A stretch of 50,427 nt of DNA from Candidatus Parcubacteria bacterium (GTDB taxonomy: Bacteria > Patescibacteriota > Minisyncoccia > UBA6257 > 2-01-FULL-56-20), in NCBI GenBank assembly GCA_003599135.1, contig QZIV01000020.1, positions 1 through 50,427 on the forward strand. Reading direction: 5' to 3'. Positions within the stretch are counted from its first letter, which is position 1; the number at the start of each line of letters is the position of its first letter. The translations under genes and the position numbers were made by a program. The notes under the pieces were generated by a model. It was given only the letters and a program-made list of their open reading frames with translations, did not search any database and had not been told where the DNA came from. This document shows positions 1-7,210 of this stretch, piece by piece.

Positions 1-1316
1 ATCGGATGCTCCGAGTGTGCATTTACCGAAGCCCCCAGTTGTAGTACTTCATTCTCGCTTACCCCGATGAACGGCCGCGTACCAATAACTCCATACTCTC
101 CCTTCGTGAGCGTCCCCGTCTTATCGAAAAGAACTACGTCAACGTTCCGGGCGGCTTCGAGCGCGAGCCGCTGCCGCACCAAAAAGCCGTTTTGAGCTGC
201 TTTTGTCGTAGAAATTGAGGCGACTAAAGGAACTGCGAGTCCTAGTGCGTGCGGGCAGGCAATGACAAGAACCGCAACAAGGCGCTCAACGGCAAATGCG
301 ATTCCTGCCCTCGCGGCAATCCAAGCTATAAAGGTAACCCCTCCGGCAAGAACGGCAATGACGGTCAAATAGAGAGCGGCTCGATCAGAGAGAATTTGCA
401 GCCGCGACTTAGAGCTTTGCGCATCGCGAACTAGCCTCATCACGCCTGCCAAAAACGTCTCCCCACCGATTTTTTTTATCGCAACTTTCAAGGAACCGTC
501 GCCATTAACCGTTCCGGCGATCACGCCGTCGCCGATCTTCTTCGGTACGGGGCGCGACTCCCCGGTTGCGAGTGACTCATCAACGTCGGAACTGCCATCG
601 GCGACCATTCCATCCGCTGGAATTTTTCCTCCCGGCTTTACCAAAACAACGTCATCAACTTTTAACTCCGAAAGCGCCACAACCTCCGTCTTAGATCCGC
701 GGAAAACTTCCGCGGTATCAGGCAAAAGTTTCGAAAGCTCCCGGAGCGCGCCCTGCGCTCCCTGGACGGCTCGCATCTCAAACCAATGCCCAAGAAGCAT
801 TACCGTGATAAGCGTTGATAGTTCCCAGAAAAGCGCTTCTCCTTCTCCTCGTACTGTTACAAAAATGCTGTATGCGTAGGCGGTAATGATTGCCAGACTG
901 ATAAGGGTCATCATGCCCGGCAGACGGGCTTTGAGTTCTCTCCAGGCACTCTCAAGAAACACCCAGCCCCCGTAGAAAAAAATAATCGACGATAAAAGCG
1001 GGGGCATAGCCCGAGATCCGGGGAATATTGGCGGCGCCCAATCAAAGAGTTCGCGGACAATATCGGAATAGAGGATGACGGGAATGCTCAAAATCAAACT
1101 CACCCAGAATTTCTTTTGGAACGCATCGGTGTGATGCCCCGCGTGCCTGTCCGCCGTAGCTTCAGCGGAGGCGGATTTGTCAAAATCTCTGTGTCCGTGC
1201 TCGCCGTGCGCTTTCCCTTCTAACGGAACCAGGTTCATCCCGCATTCCGGGCAGATCCCGGGCGCGCCGCGCTGGATTTCCGGATGCATCGAACATGTGT
1301 AAAACTTTCCTTCCAT
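1..1316 (-). CDS. copB: Copper-translocating P1B-type ATPase, CPH (CopB-like) subtype; N-terminal ~438 codons, 3' end lies beyond window start
   Basis: Open at the window edge, so absent from the ORF track. Own translation from ATG (comp. 1316-1314): MEGKFYTCSMHPEIQRGAPGICPECGMNLVP (YxCxMHPE/CPxCGM metal-binding module), then a His-rich linker and TM helices. Also 'LATGESRPV', 'VIACPHALGLA' (CPH motif, nt ~250-285) and 'FDKTGTLT' phosphorylation site (nt ~100-125). Confidence 0.9.
   Translation of the reverse strand, partial: MEGKFYTCSMHPEIQRGAPGICPECGMNLVPLEGKAHGEHGHRDFDKSASAEATADRHAGHHTDAFQKKFWVSLILSIPVILYSDIVRELFDWAPPIFPGSRAMPPLLSSIIFFYGGWVFLESAWRELKARLPGMMTLISLAIITAYAYSIFVTVRGEGEALFWELSTLITVMLLGHWFEMRAVQGAQGALRELSKLLPDTAEVFRGSKTEVVALSELKVDDVVLVKPGGKIPADGMVADGSSDVDESLATGESRPVPKKIGDGVIAGTVNGDGSLKVAIKKIGGETFLAGVMRLVRDAQSSKSRLQILSDRAALYLTVIAVLAGGVTFIAWIAARAGIAFAVERLVAVLVIACPHALGLAVPLVASISTTKAAQNGFLVRQRLALEAARNVDVVLFDKTGTLTKGEYGVIGTRPFIGVSENEVLQLGASVNAHSEHP
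1144..1174. repeat. Copy B of short GC-rich repeat (core TAGCTTCAGCG), in-frame inside copB
   Basis: TGCCTGTCCGCCGTAGCTTCAGCGGAGGCGG. It matches 10230-10270 at about 26 of 31 aligned positions and is translated as ...DKSASAEATADRHAG... in the His-rich linker. Confidence 0.5.
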
Positions 1317-1320
1317 GGAT

Positions 1321-1953
1321 TTATTTTAGGCCAATCAGAAATTGCAAGCCGCGATACCGCTCGTTCCTTTCCTCGACCTGAAACCCTGCCTCTTTGAGAA
1401 ATACCGGCAACTTCCCTGCGAGGTTCGATCGCATATTCTCCTGTCCGTCAAAGATACTTAGAATGCGGAGTAATACATATGAAACGAACGACTGCGGCTT
1501 GCCGAAGTCGGCAAGGACGAATCGTCCGTTTTTCACAAGTACTCTGTAAATCTCATCGAGTGCCCGACGTTTTTCGTCGGCTGAAAGATGATGAAACACG
1601 AGCGTGCTTATCGCGACGTCAAACGAAGCATCGCGGAACGGAAGCTTTCGAGCGAAGCCGTGTGCCAATGTCGCTTGAATTCCAAGGCGAGCAAGTTTCT
1701 TCTTTGCTATGTCCAAGATCTGCTCGTCCGGATCGATGCCGGAGGCGATAACCATTGGAAAACGCTTTTTTACCTCGATAAGAAGAGAGGCCGTCCCGCT
1801 CCCAACGTCGAGTATTCGCTCCCGGCCACTCAATGCTGCAATATCAAGCACCCTGCGGTGCAACCTCTTCCCATATCCGACGAGTGAGCTGAAAAAATCA
1901 TAGAGGGGAGTGAGGAACTCAAACGCCAATGCTGGCACGAATTTCTCGTTCAT
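1321..1953 (-). CDS. Class I SAM-dependent methyltransferase (UbiE/Methyltransf_11-like)
   Basis: 210-aa ORF with SAM motif I 'RILDVGSGTASLL', plus 'GIDPDEQIL' and 'VFHHL'. Its stop lies 4 nt before the copB ATG. Confidence 0.8.
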   Translation of the reverse strand: MNEKFVPALAFEFLTPLYDFFSSLVGYGKRLHRRVLDIAALSGRERILDVGSGTASLLIEVKKRFPMVIASGIDPDEQILDIAKKKLARLGIQATLAHGFARKLPFRDASFDVAISTLVFHHLSADEKRRALDEIYRVLVKNGRFVLADFGKPQSFVSYVLLRILSIFDGQENMRSNLAGKLPVFLKEAGFQVEERNERYRGLQFLIGLK

Positions 1954-1976
1954 CTTTTTGTTATATCGTCGTTGTT

Positions 1977-2555
1977 TTACGAATGATGGTGATCTTCATC
2001 TCCACCACAGCCATCTGAAAGGTTCCATACATCGGTAACTTGTTCGCCGGTAAAGTGATAGTTTTTGATGAGATACTTTCCTAGGCCGCCGTATACATAC
2101 CACCTCCAACACTTGCAGCAACAAGGACCCTTTTCTTCGGAATGAGCCATTGCGTAATCGTAGGCTTTTTGTTCTTCCGGAGTGAGCGGAGAGTTGTAAT
2201 AGTCTTTCATTTTTTTCGCGAGTCCGACTTCGATGTCGTATGGATCAGGCGGAATCTCTTTGATATTTTCGTACTTCTTTAAGCCTTCAACTTGTTCCGT
2301 GTAACGATGGAGGCTCATGGGGCTACAGCAGGAACCCTGAATTCGAGACGAATCAGGCATTCCCGAAATTGAATCGTGAAACTCTCCCGAGCAGGACGAA
2401 TTGCCATCTTGACTTAATTCTTGGAATTTTGCCGCGAGCGCCTGATTTGCTGGCTGATAACCTATATTTTGCTTTGATCGCGTCGAAGCAAGATAGAAAG
2501 ACCCGCTAACCAAAATCGCGGCAATTACAATCGAAACTAAAATATTTTTATTCAT
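1977..2555 (-). CDS. Membrane-anchored Cys/His-rich protein, unknown family (putative metal binding)
   Basis: 192 aa with an N-terminal hydrophobic anchor. Eight Cys, including clusters 'GSCCSP', 'GPCCCKCWRW' and 'DGCGG', and a C-terminal 'DEDHHHS'. ATGA start/stop overlap with the upstream gene. Confidence 0.6.
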   Translation of the reverse strand: MNKNILVSIVIAAILVSGSFYLASTRSKQNIGYQPANQALAAKFQELSQDGNSSCSGEFHDSISGMPDSSRIQGSCCSPMSLHRYTEQVEGLKKYENIKEIPPDPYDIEVGLAKKMKDYYNSPLTPEEQKAYDYAMAHSEEKGPCCCKCWRWYVYGGLGKYLIKNYHFTGEQVTDVWNLSDGCGGDEDHHHS

Positions 2556-3121
2556 GCTTTTGATCTCAATTTAGGTGGACAAGTAGCAGGCACAGTAATC
2601 TTTCTGGTTGCGAAAAAAATGGATGTTGCAAGAAGAACTACGCCCAATATTCCGAACTCACCACCTCTTAACGGCAAGAGCGCAAGTGCTCCCGAAGCGC
2701 CTACAAGCGAGAGAGCGCTGCCCGCGAGATACGAACCGCAGGCCGCACAACCAATCCCGAACATTCCGCTTACCGTGCCGCTTACGCTCGTTGCTACTCC
2801 TCCTCGCCTCAGCGCTTTATCTTTCTTCAGAAGGTAGAGAGTCATTGCAAGGTTAACTCCGAAAAGGATCGCAATAAGAATGGTATAGGATGCGGAGAAT
2901 AAACTGAAGTTGGTAGTAATGCTTTTGAACAGCCCCCAGAGTAGTCGCGCTTTGATGCCAAGCGGGACATTCGAATTACCCACGGTGTTCACAATCAGTG
3001 AGAAATTGGGCAGCCAGACCGCGAACGTAAAGACCGCAAGCGCTCCGATACTTGCGATCGCAATGGAAGAGGGATTCCGAAAAACTTTCTTCAAAGAAGA
3101 AATCTCTGTTTCTCTTCCCAT
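2552..3121 (-). CDS. Polytopic membrane protein with intramembrane CAAC motif, unknown family
   Basis: 189 aa with several hydrophobic helices and 'GMFGIGCAACGSYLAG'. It starts 1 nt after the DUF305 stop. Confidence 0.6.
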   Translation of the reverse strand: MGRETEISSLKKVFRNPSSIAIASIGALAVFTFAVWLPNFSLIVNTVGNSNVPLGIKARLLWGLFKSITTNFSLFSASYTILIAILFGVNLAMTLYLLKKDKALRRGGVATSVSGTVSGMFGIGCAACGSYLAGSALSLVGASGALALLPLRGGEFGILGVVLLATSIFFATRKITVPATCPPKLRSKA

Positions 3122-3122
3122 C

Positions 3123-3773
3123 TCACTGCGAATACCAACTGCGGTACCATTCTCTCATTTGCTCAATTTCCGAAGTCTGAGACGAAATGATATCTTGGGC
3201 GAGTTTGTTCATCTCCGGGCGATCAGTGACGTTCAAGAGCATCTGCGCCATCATCACCGCCATCTGATGATGCGGGATCATCTGCTCGATAAATTCCTTG
3301 TCAAACGGCGTTGCCTTTTCGAGAACTGCGATGTCTGTCGCATCCCCCATCATCCCTCGCCCCATCATTCCGCCGCTCATCATCCCCGAGAAGCCCCCGG
3401 GAACGCTGGTTCCAAACCAGTTTTTATACCACTCCTTCATTTCGTTGATCTCTTTCGTCTGAGCATCTTTGATATCCCAGGCGAGTTGTTTTAACTCTTG
3501 ATGATCCGCGCGCTCGAGAGCAATCTCAGCCATAAGCACTGCATCGGCGTGGTGCGGAATCATCTGTTCGATAAAGTGGGCATCCATGTTGCCCGACATT
3601 CCTGTTCGAGAACCGCCCATCATGCCGTTAAACCCGGAATTCCTCTCCGCTCCGCCTTGCATCATCGGTCCGCCGTAACCGTAATAACCACCCCATCTCG
3701 GCAGAAGAAATGACGCAATAACAACACCCAAAAAAATCCCTCCGATTCCCACAAGTGCGATTTGTTTGTCCAT
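3123..3773 (-). CDS. DUF305-family protein with Met-rich tracts (putative periplasmic copper binding)
   Basis: 216 aa with a TM anchor. Duplicated signature 'FIEQMIPHHADAV' / 'FIEQMIPHHQMAV'. Met/Gly tracts 'GMMGGSRTGMSGNM' and 'SGMMSGGMMGRGMMGD'. Confidence 0.85.
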   Translation of the reverse strand: MDKQIALVGIGGIFLGVVIASFLLPRWGGYYGYGGPMMQGGAERNSGFNGMMGGSRTGMSGNMDAHFIEQMIPHHADAVLMAEIALERADHQELKQLAWDIKDAQTKEINEMKEWYKNWFGTSVPGGFSGMMSGGMMGRGMMGDATDIAVLEKATPFDKEFIEQMIPHHQMAVMMAQMLLNVTDRPEMNKLAQDIISSQTSEIEQMREWYRSWYSQ

Positions 3774-3814
3774 TCTGTTTGGTTGATTGTATCCTCCTGT
3801 TCGACCTTTTGGCC

Positions 3815-4084
3815 TTACTTGCGTTTTGAAAGTCTGTAAATTGATTGAATTTCCCGAACCGCTCGCTTGGGATTGCGGCTTCTCATCTGCTCTACAACGT
3901 GCGTCGAGAGATGATTTTTCAGTATAAAATCCTCAAAACTTGAGAGGGCCGCTTTCGCAGCCATAGATTGATGGAGGATGTCGATGCAGTATTTTCCCCG
4001 TTCCACCATCTTCTCAATACCTCGCACTTGTCCGAGAACCAAGCGCAACCGCGTTATCGACTGTTTCTTGATGCTCTTATTCAT
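3815..4084 (-). CDS. csoR: CsoR/RcnR-family metal-sensing transcriptional repressor
   Basis: 'LRLVLGQVRGIEKMVERGKYCIDILHQ...LKNHLSTHV' fits the CsoR-family helix pattern. I moved the start from the ORF-track position 4120 to ATG 4084, because the 12 extra codons are the promoter/operator palindrome. Confidence 0.85.
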   Translation of the reverse strand: MNKSIKKQSITRLRLVLGQVRGIEKMVERGKYCIDILHQSMAAKAALSSFEDFILKNHLSTHVVEQMRSRNPKRAVREIQSIYRLSKRK

Positions 4085-4090
4085 GCAGAA

Positions 4091-4120
4091 AGTATACCCC
4101 CCGGGGGTATACCCTGTCAA
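4091..4120 (-). promoter_or_regulatory. Sigma70-like promoter of the csoR operon
   Basis: On the minus strand: TTGACA (4120-4115), 18 nt, TATACT (4096-4091). The ATG at 4084 is 7 nt past the -10 and there is no SD, so the transcript is likely leaderless. Confidence 0.5.
4092..4112. promoter_or_regulatory. Candidate CsoR-family operator: GTATACCCCC-c-GGGGGTATAC
   Basis: 10-nt arms (4092-4101 and 4103-4112) form a perfect inverted repeat around a 1-nt centre. It is a G/C tract flanked by AT-rich arms, placed between the -35 and the start codon of csoR. Confidence 0.6.
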
Positions 4121-4154
4121 GTAAGCGCTGACCCCTTCTTGATAAGCGCCCGAT

Positions 4155-4535
4155 CTAGAGTCGTTTCTCTTCCCGCTCCGCAGATCGCATAACGTAATAG
4201 AGCGCTAAGGGTGCTCCCCAATTCGCCCACCGCTCTATGAAATCCCAGACCGGTTCGCCAACGATTGGGCGCACAAGCGCGGTCCAGAATCCCCAGAAAG
4301 CCGCCCAGAGAAGCACCCACGATATCGGCCGGATCAGAACGACAAGCGCAACGGCGAGGTCCATGAGTCCCACGAGGAATAGCAACTGGCCTGCAAGCTC
4401 ATTCCCAACTCCCGTAAGCCGCTCTATCCATCCGATCCACTGCGCCTTGCCGCCAAGTGCGAATACGCCGTGGCCGACATACTCTCCCGCCACCGCTATC
4501 CGGAGAATCCATTCAATTTTTTTACTGTTGTTCAT
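4155..4535 (-). CDS. Small 4-TM membrane protein, DoxX-like (tentative)
   Basis: 126 aa, hydrophobic, with 'ERWANWGAPLALYY'. It is the last gene of the upstream redox operon. The family call is from memory of DoxX-like sequences only. Confidence 0.45.
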   Translation of the reverse strand: MNNSKKIEWILRIAVAGEYVGHGVFALGGKAQWIGWIERLTGVGNELAGQLLFLVGLMDLAVALVVLIRPISWVLLWAAFWGFWTALVRPIVGEPVWDFIERWANWGAPLALYYVMRSAEREEKRL

Positions 4536-4564
4536 ATATGTTATTTTTAGATTTTCGACCTTTA

Positions 4565-4933
4565 TTATAGCGCAAGCGGACAGCCGCTCTCTGCTGCAAG
4601 TTTTTTCAATCCTTGTTCTCCCTCTAGTCGCCGCCCGTCAGGCGTGAGCCATGTCGGATATCCGTCAATTCCCGCCGACAAGCATTTTTTCGGATCCTTG
4701 GGACACTCCACGTAGGGAATGAGCCGGAAGGATGATCCAAAGGCGCGCTTCTCATTCTGGCAATGCGAACACCACTCCGCCCCGTACATTACAAACTCCT
4801 TCTCGGTCAGACACTGCGCAAAGACATCAAGTTGCGGACTGCTTCCTCCTCCCCTGGCGCCCAAAAGAAAACTTGCAACGCCCAGAACGGCGATAACGAG
4901 AACGGCACGAAGATAATTTTTTTTCAGCAGCAT
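4565..4933 (-). CDS. Membrane-anchored thioredoxin-like protein (type normally fused to bacterial VKOR)
   Basis: Real start is ATG 4933 (MLLKKNYLRAVLVIAVLG...). 'YGAEWCSHCQNEKRAFG...YVECP...C...GIDGYPTW' matches the VKOR-C-terminal Trx domain pattern. The ORF-track N-terminal extension is Arg-rich junk that overlaps the upstream gene. Confidence 0.8.
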   Translation of the reverse strand: MLLKKNYLRAVLVIAVLGVASFLLGARGGGSSPQLDVFAQCLTEKEFVMYGAEWCSHCQNEKRAFGSSFRLIPYVECPKDPKKCLSAGIDGYPTWLTPDGRRLEGEQGLKKLAAESGCPLAL

Positions 4934-5394
4934 TGTTCCATTTCGTGAAGCAGTCGTTTGACCTCGTCTCCGTCTTTGAGAATTTTCCGAGTGGAACCCC
5001 GCACCGACGGATGAATAAAGAGCGCGTAGAAGAGAACCGCCAAAATAATCACCTCGACGAATAAGCTGGCATAGCTCATGTTCTCGAGAAGCCAGAACGC
5101 AACCGCCAGCCCTCCGATAACGACCGGAACCATCCATCTCCAGAGCGCTCCCTTCATCCAATCGTACCGTTTTTCCCCTTGATACGCGACGCCGACCACG
5201 GTTGCTCCCATAAGCATCGCGATAGGCACGAAAAACTCTCCGCGCGGGAGGAGTCCTCCCAAAATAGCGGCAGTAAGCAAGAACCAGGTACCGCTCACTC
5301 CCGCGCAAACTGGACAGATTCGGATTGGCAGATATCGATTGAGAAACCAGACGCCAACCGTAATCACTGCGATAAGGCCAAGTGCAATGATCAT
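4924..5394 (-). CDS. 5-TM membrane protein with CPVC motif and C-terminal vicinal Cys pair, unknown family
   Basis: Start ATG 5394 makes an ATGA overlap with the ccdA-like stop. 'PIRICPVCAGVSGTWFLL' sits at a helix start and the tail ends '...LLHEMEQCC'. Its stop overlaps the Trx gene start by 10 nt. Confidence 0.6.
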   Translation of the reverse strand: MIIALGLIAVITVGVWFLNRYLPIRICPVCAGVSGTWFLLTAAILGGLLPRGEFFVPIAMLMGATVVGVAYQGEKRYDWMKGALWRWMVPVVIGGLAVAFWLLENMSYASLFVEVIILAVLFYALFIHPSVRGSTRKILKDGDEVKRLLHEMEQCC

Positions 5395-6173
5395 AGGAGA
5401 AACATCACGATTCCCAAGGCGACCATAAGAATCCCTGCAATGAATCGCTCGTTTTTCCTTTCCGCTTTTTGCCACTCTTGAACCCGCGCGAGAATCACAG
5501 GGTTCGACGCGATAAGAAGAATCACGACGAGCGGGAGAACGAAGATGACGTTGTAGAGGAGGAGGTAGCCGAACCCGGCCGCAAACGTACCCTGATCATG
5601 GAGAAGTCCGAGAACTGCGAGGTAAGGGCCACCGGTGCACGGGAATTCGCATAGTCCCACAAAAACTCCGAGGAGGAGCGCCGTCGGAATACTCATCCGG
5701 TCAACGAGGCGCGCAATTGTTCCGTGAGCGAAATGGGGAATGGCAAGTCGGATGGGAAACCCGGGGATGAGTATTTCCAAGACGTTGATAGCCCCGAAGG
5801 CTATGAGGAGCGTCGCCCCGACCTTCGCCATAAAGTGGGGAATGCCGAAGACGTGGAGAGCTTGAAGAATCCCCAATCCGATGAAGAGATAGACGAGAAA
5901 AATACCGAGGATATAGACTCCTCCGACGGCAAGGATACCCGACCGGAGACGCCCGAGACTGAAGAGAAACGCCATCGTAAGAAGAAGAATAGAGATGGCA
6001 CAGGGATTAATGCTGTCAACGAGAGCGGCTACCGTAAGAAGCGGCAAAAGCCACCTCCCTCCGTCCGAAATTTCCCAGAGAAGCGATGCGCTTCCGCTCG
6101 AACTGAAATAGACAGCTCCAATGCCGATAAGGACGGCAAGGAGAATAAGCCAAAACAATTTTGACTTGATCAT
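5391..6173 (-). CDS. CcdA/DsbD-family thiol:disulfide electron-transfer membrane protein
   Basis: 260 aa, polytopic. One Cys sits in each of two helices, 'SINPCAISILLL' and 'CEFPCTGGPYLAVLG', which is typical of the DsbD transmembrane domain family. Confidence 0.75.
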   Translation of the reverse strand: MIKSKLFWLILLAVLIGIGAVYFSSSGSASLLWEISDGGRWLLPLLTVAALVDSINPCAISILLLTMAFLFSLGRLRSGILAVGGVYILGIFLVYLFIGLGILQALHVFGIPHFMAKVGATLLIAFGAINVLEILIPGFPIRLAIPHFAHGTIARLVDRMSIPTALLLGVFVGLCEFPCTGGPYLAVLGLLHDQGTFAAGFGYLLLYNVIFVLPLVVILLIASNPVILARVQEWQKAERKNERFIAGILMVALGIVMFLL

Positions 6174-6181
6174 GGAGATAT

Positions 6182-6697
6182 TTACGGAGTGACTGTTGCT
6201 TTAAAGGAAAGAGTGATTCGTTCCCCTCCTTCAAGATCGACGAACACTTGACGTTCCACGAGCCCAACGCCGGACGGGCCGTGGGCTGCGGGATCGAAGG
6301 TGACGGGAACAAGAAGTTTTTCTCCCTCCTGTATTGTGACATCGAGCGTTGGTATGAATCCGTGCCCGGGCATTCCAAACGGCCCAAGTTTCTCGCCGTT
6401 TGGCAGAAGTAAATCTGCAGTCGTGCACATACACGATGTCATCACTTTCTTAACGACAACTTCTCCGCCGATGTAATTCGTAAGCTCGAAATCGTGGCGG
6501 ACGTTTCCGTTCGCCATCGATACCGAACCGAAATCATAGCTCACGGAGCGTTCGGCAAACGATAAAGACGATGAGCCCGTGTGACTGGCTCCCGAAACTT
6601 CTTGTATTTCCGAGTTCCCGAACCGCATCAACGCTACGCCTCCGAGAGCAAGAAGAACTGTGAAACCTAGAATTATTGTATTGTTTTTTAATTTCAT
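6182..6697 (-). CDS. DUF1573-domain protein (secreted/anchored Ig-like)
   Basis: Start ATG 6697 (MKLKNNTIILGFTVLLALGG...). 'YDFGSVSMANGNVRHDFELTN.G...V.KVMTSCMCTT' resembles the DUF1573 DFG...SCGCT pattern. Confidence 0.7.
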   Translation of the reverse strand: MKLKNNTIILGFTVLLALGGVALMRFGNSEIQEVSGASHTGSSSLSFAERSVSYDFGSVSMANGNVRHDFELTNYIGGEVVVKKVMTSCMCTTADLLLPNGEKLGPFGMPGHGFIPTLDVTIQEGEKLLVPVTFDPAAHGPSGVGLVERQVFVDLEGGERITLSFKATVTP

Positions 6698-6728
6698 GGT
6701 TAATGCAAGAAAATGCGCGAAACAAAAA

Positions 6729-6748
6729 CTCCTTTCAGGAGAAAGGAG
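6729..6748 (-). terminator. Rho-independent terminator of gene 6802-7155
   Basis: CTCCTTTC-agga-GAAAGGAG (8-bp stem), followed on the minus strand by TTTTTGTTT. Confidence 0.6.
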
Positions 6749-6801
6749 CAGCGAGCACCGCAAGTACCTTGCTTCGACTAGCAAACTACTCGGGTGCCCT
6801 A

Positions 6802-7155
6802 CTAAATGTTCGGGCTGTTATATCGCAAACGAAGCCATTCTCGAAGCAATGGAGACGGTGCGCGAAAACTCTCTCGACGTATCCGAGCTGAAACAAGGAA
6901 GTCGGTTTCGTTATTTTCACGAGAAACCGCAAAAAGGGCCGCTCCAAAGATCGATATGATTACCGCGATCGCGGTCGCAAAGAAGTTATGTTTGCTGAGC
7001 TGCTCAACGACATCGCAAAGCTTCCCTCCGTGATTCAAAGACTGCGCGCAAAATCCGACATTGAGCACATGGACGCTTAACGCAAAGAACGTCGAGAAAA
7101 TGAGAATACTTAGGAAAAGGAGCGCCGGGCCGTTTATGATTCGCATCGTATTCAT
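6802..7155 (-). CDS. Hypothetical 2-TM protein with two Cys in the inter-helix loop
   Basis: The ORF-track start is TTG 7164; ATG codons lie at 7155 and 7146. It has two hydrophobic helices, 'FCAQSLNHGGKLCD' and a C-terminal tail '...LLREWLRLRYNSPNI'. No recognisable family. Confidence 0.5.
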   Translation of the reverse strand: MNTMRIINGPALLFLSILIFSTFFALSVHVLNVGFCAQSLNHGGKLCDVVEQLSKHNFFATAIAVIISIFGAALFAVSRENNETDFLVSARIRRESFRAPSPLLREWLRLRYNSPNI

Positions 7156-7210
7156 AGTATACAACGAAAGGACGAATGGGCAAGTTACTCGATGTCCCCC
7201 AGATTCGCCG

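Noticed and set aside
249-434. 61-aa plus-strand ORF, one of many similar antisense ORFs inside large minus-strand genes. Other examples are 34088-35701 (537 aa, opposite secA) and 14821-15573 (opposite uvrA).
   Set aside because: They lie entirely opposite strongly conserved genes and have Arg/Ser/Pro-rich, low-complexity translations. They have no SD or promoter and look like shadow ORFs.
4934-5308. N-terminal 125-aa extension of the thioredoxin-like ORF (track ORF 4565-5308).
   Set aside because: The extension is Arg/Gly-rich nonsense and overlaps the CPVC membrane protein gene out of frame. The internal ATG at 4933 gives a clean TM anchor plus Trx domain and a typical short overlap with the upstream stop.
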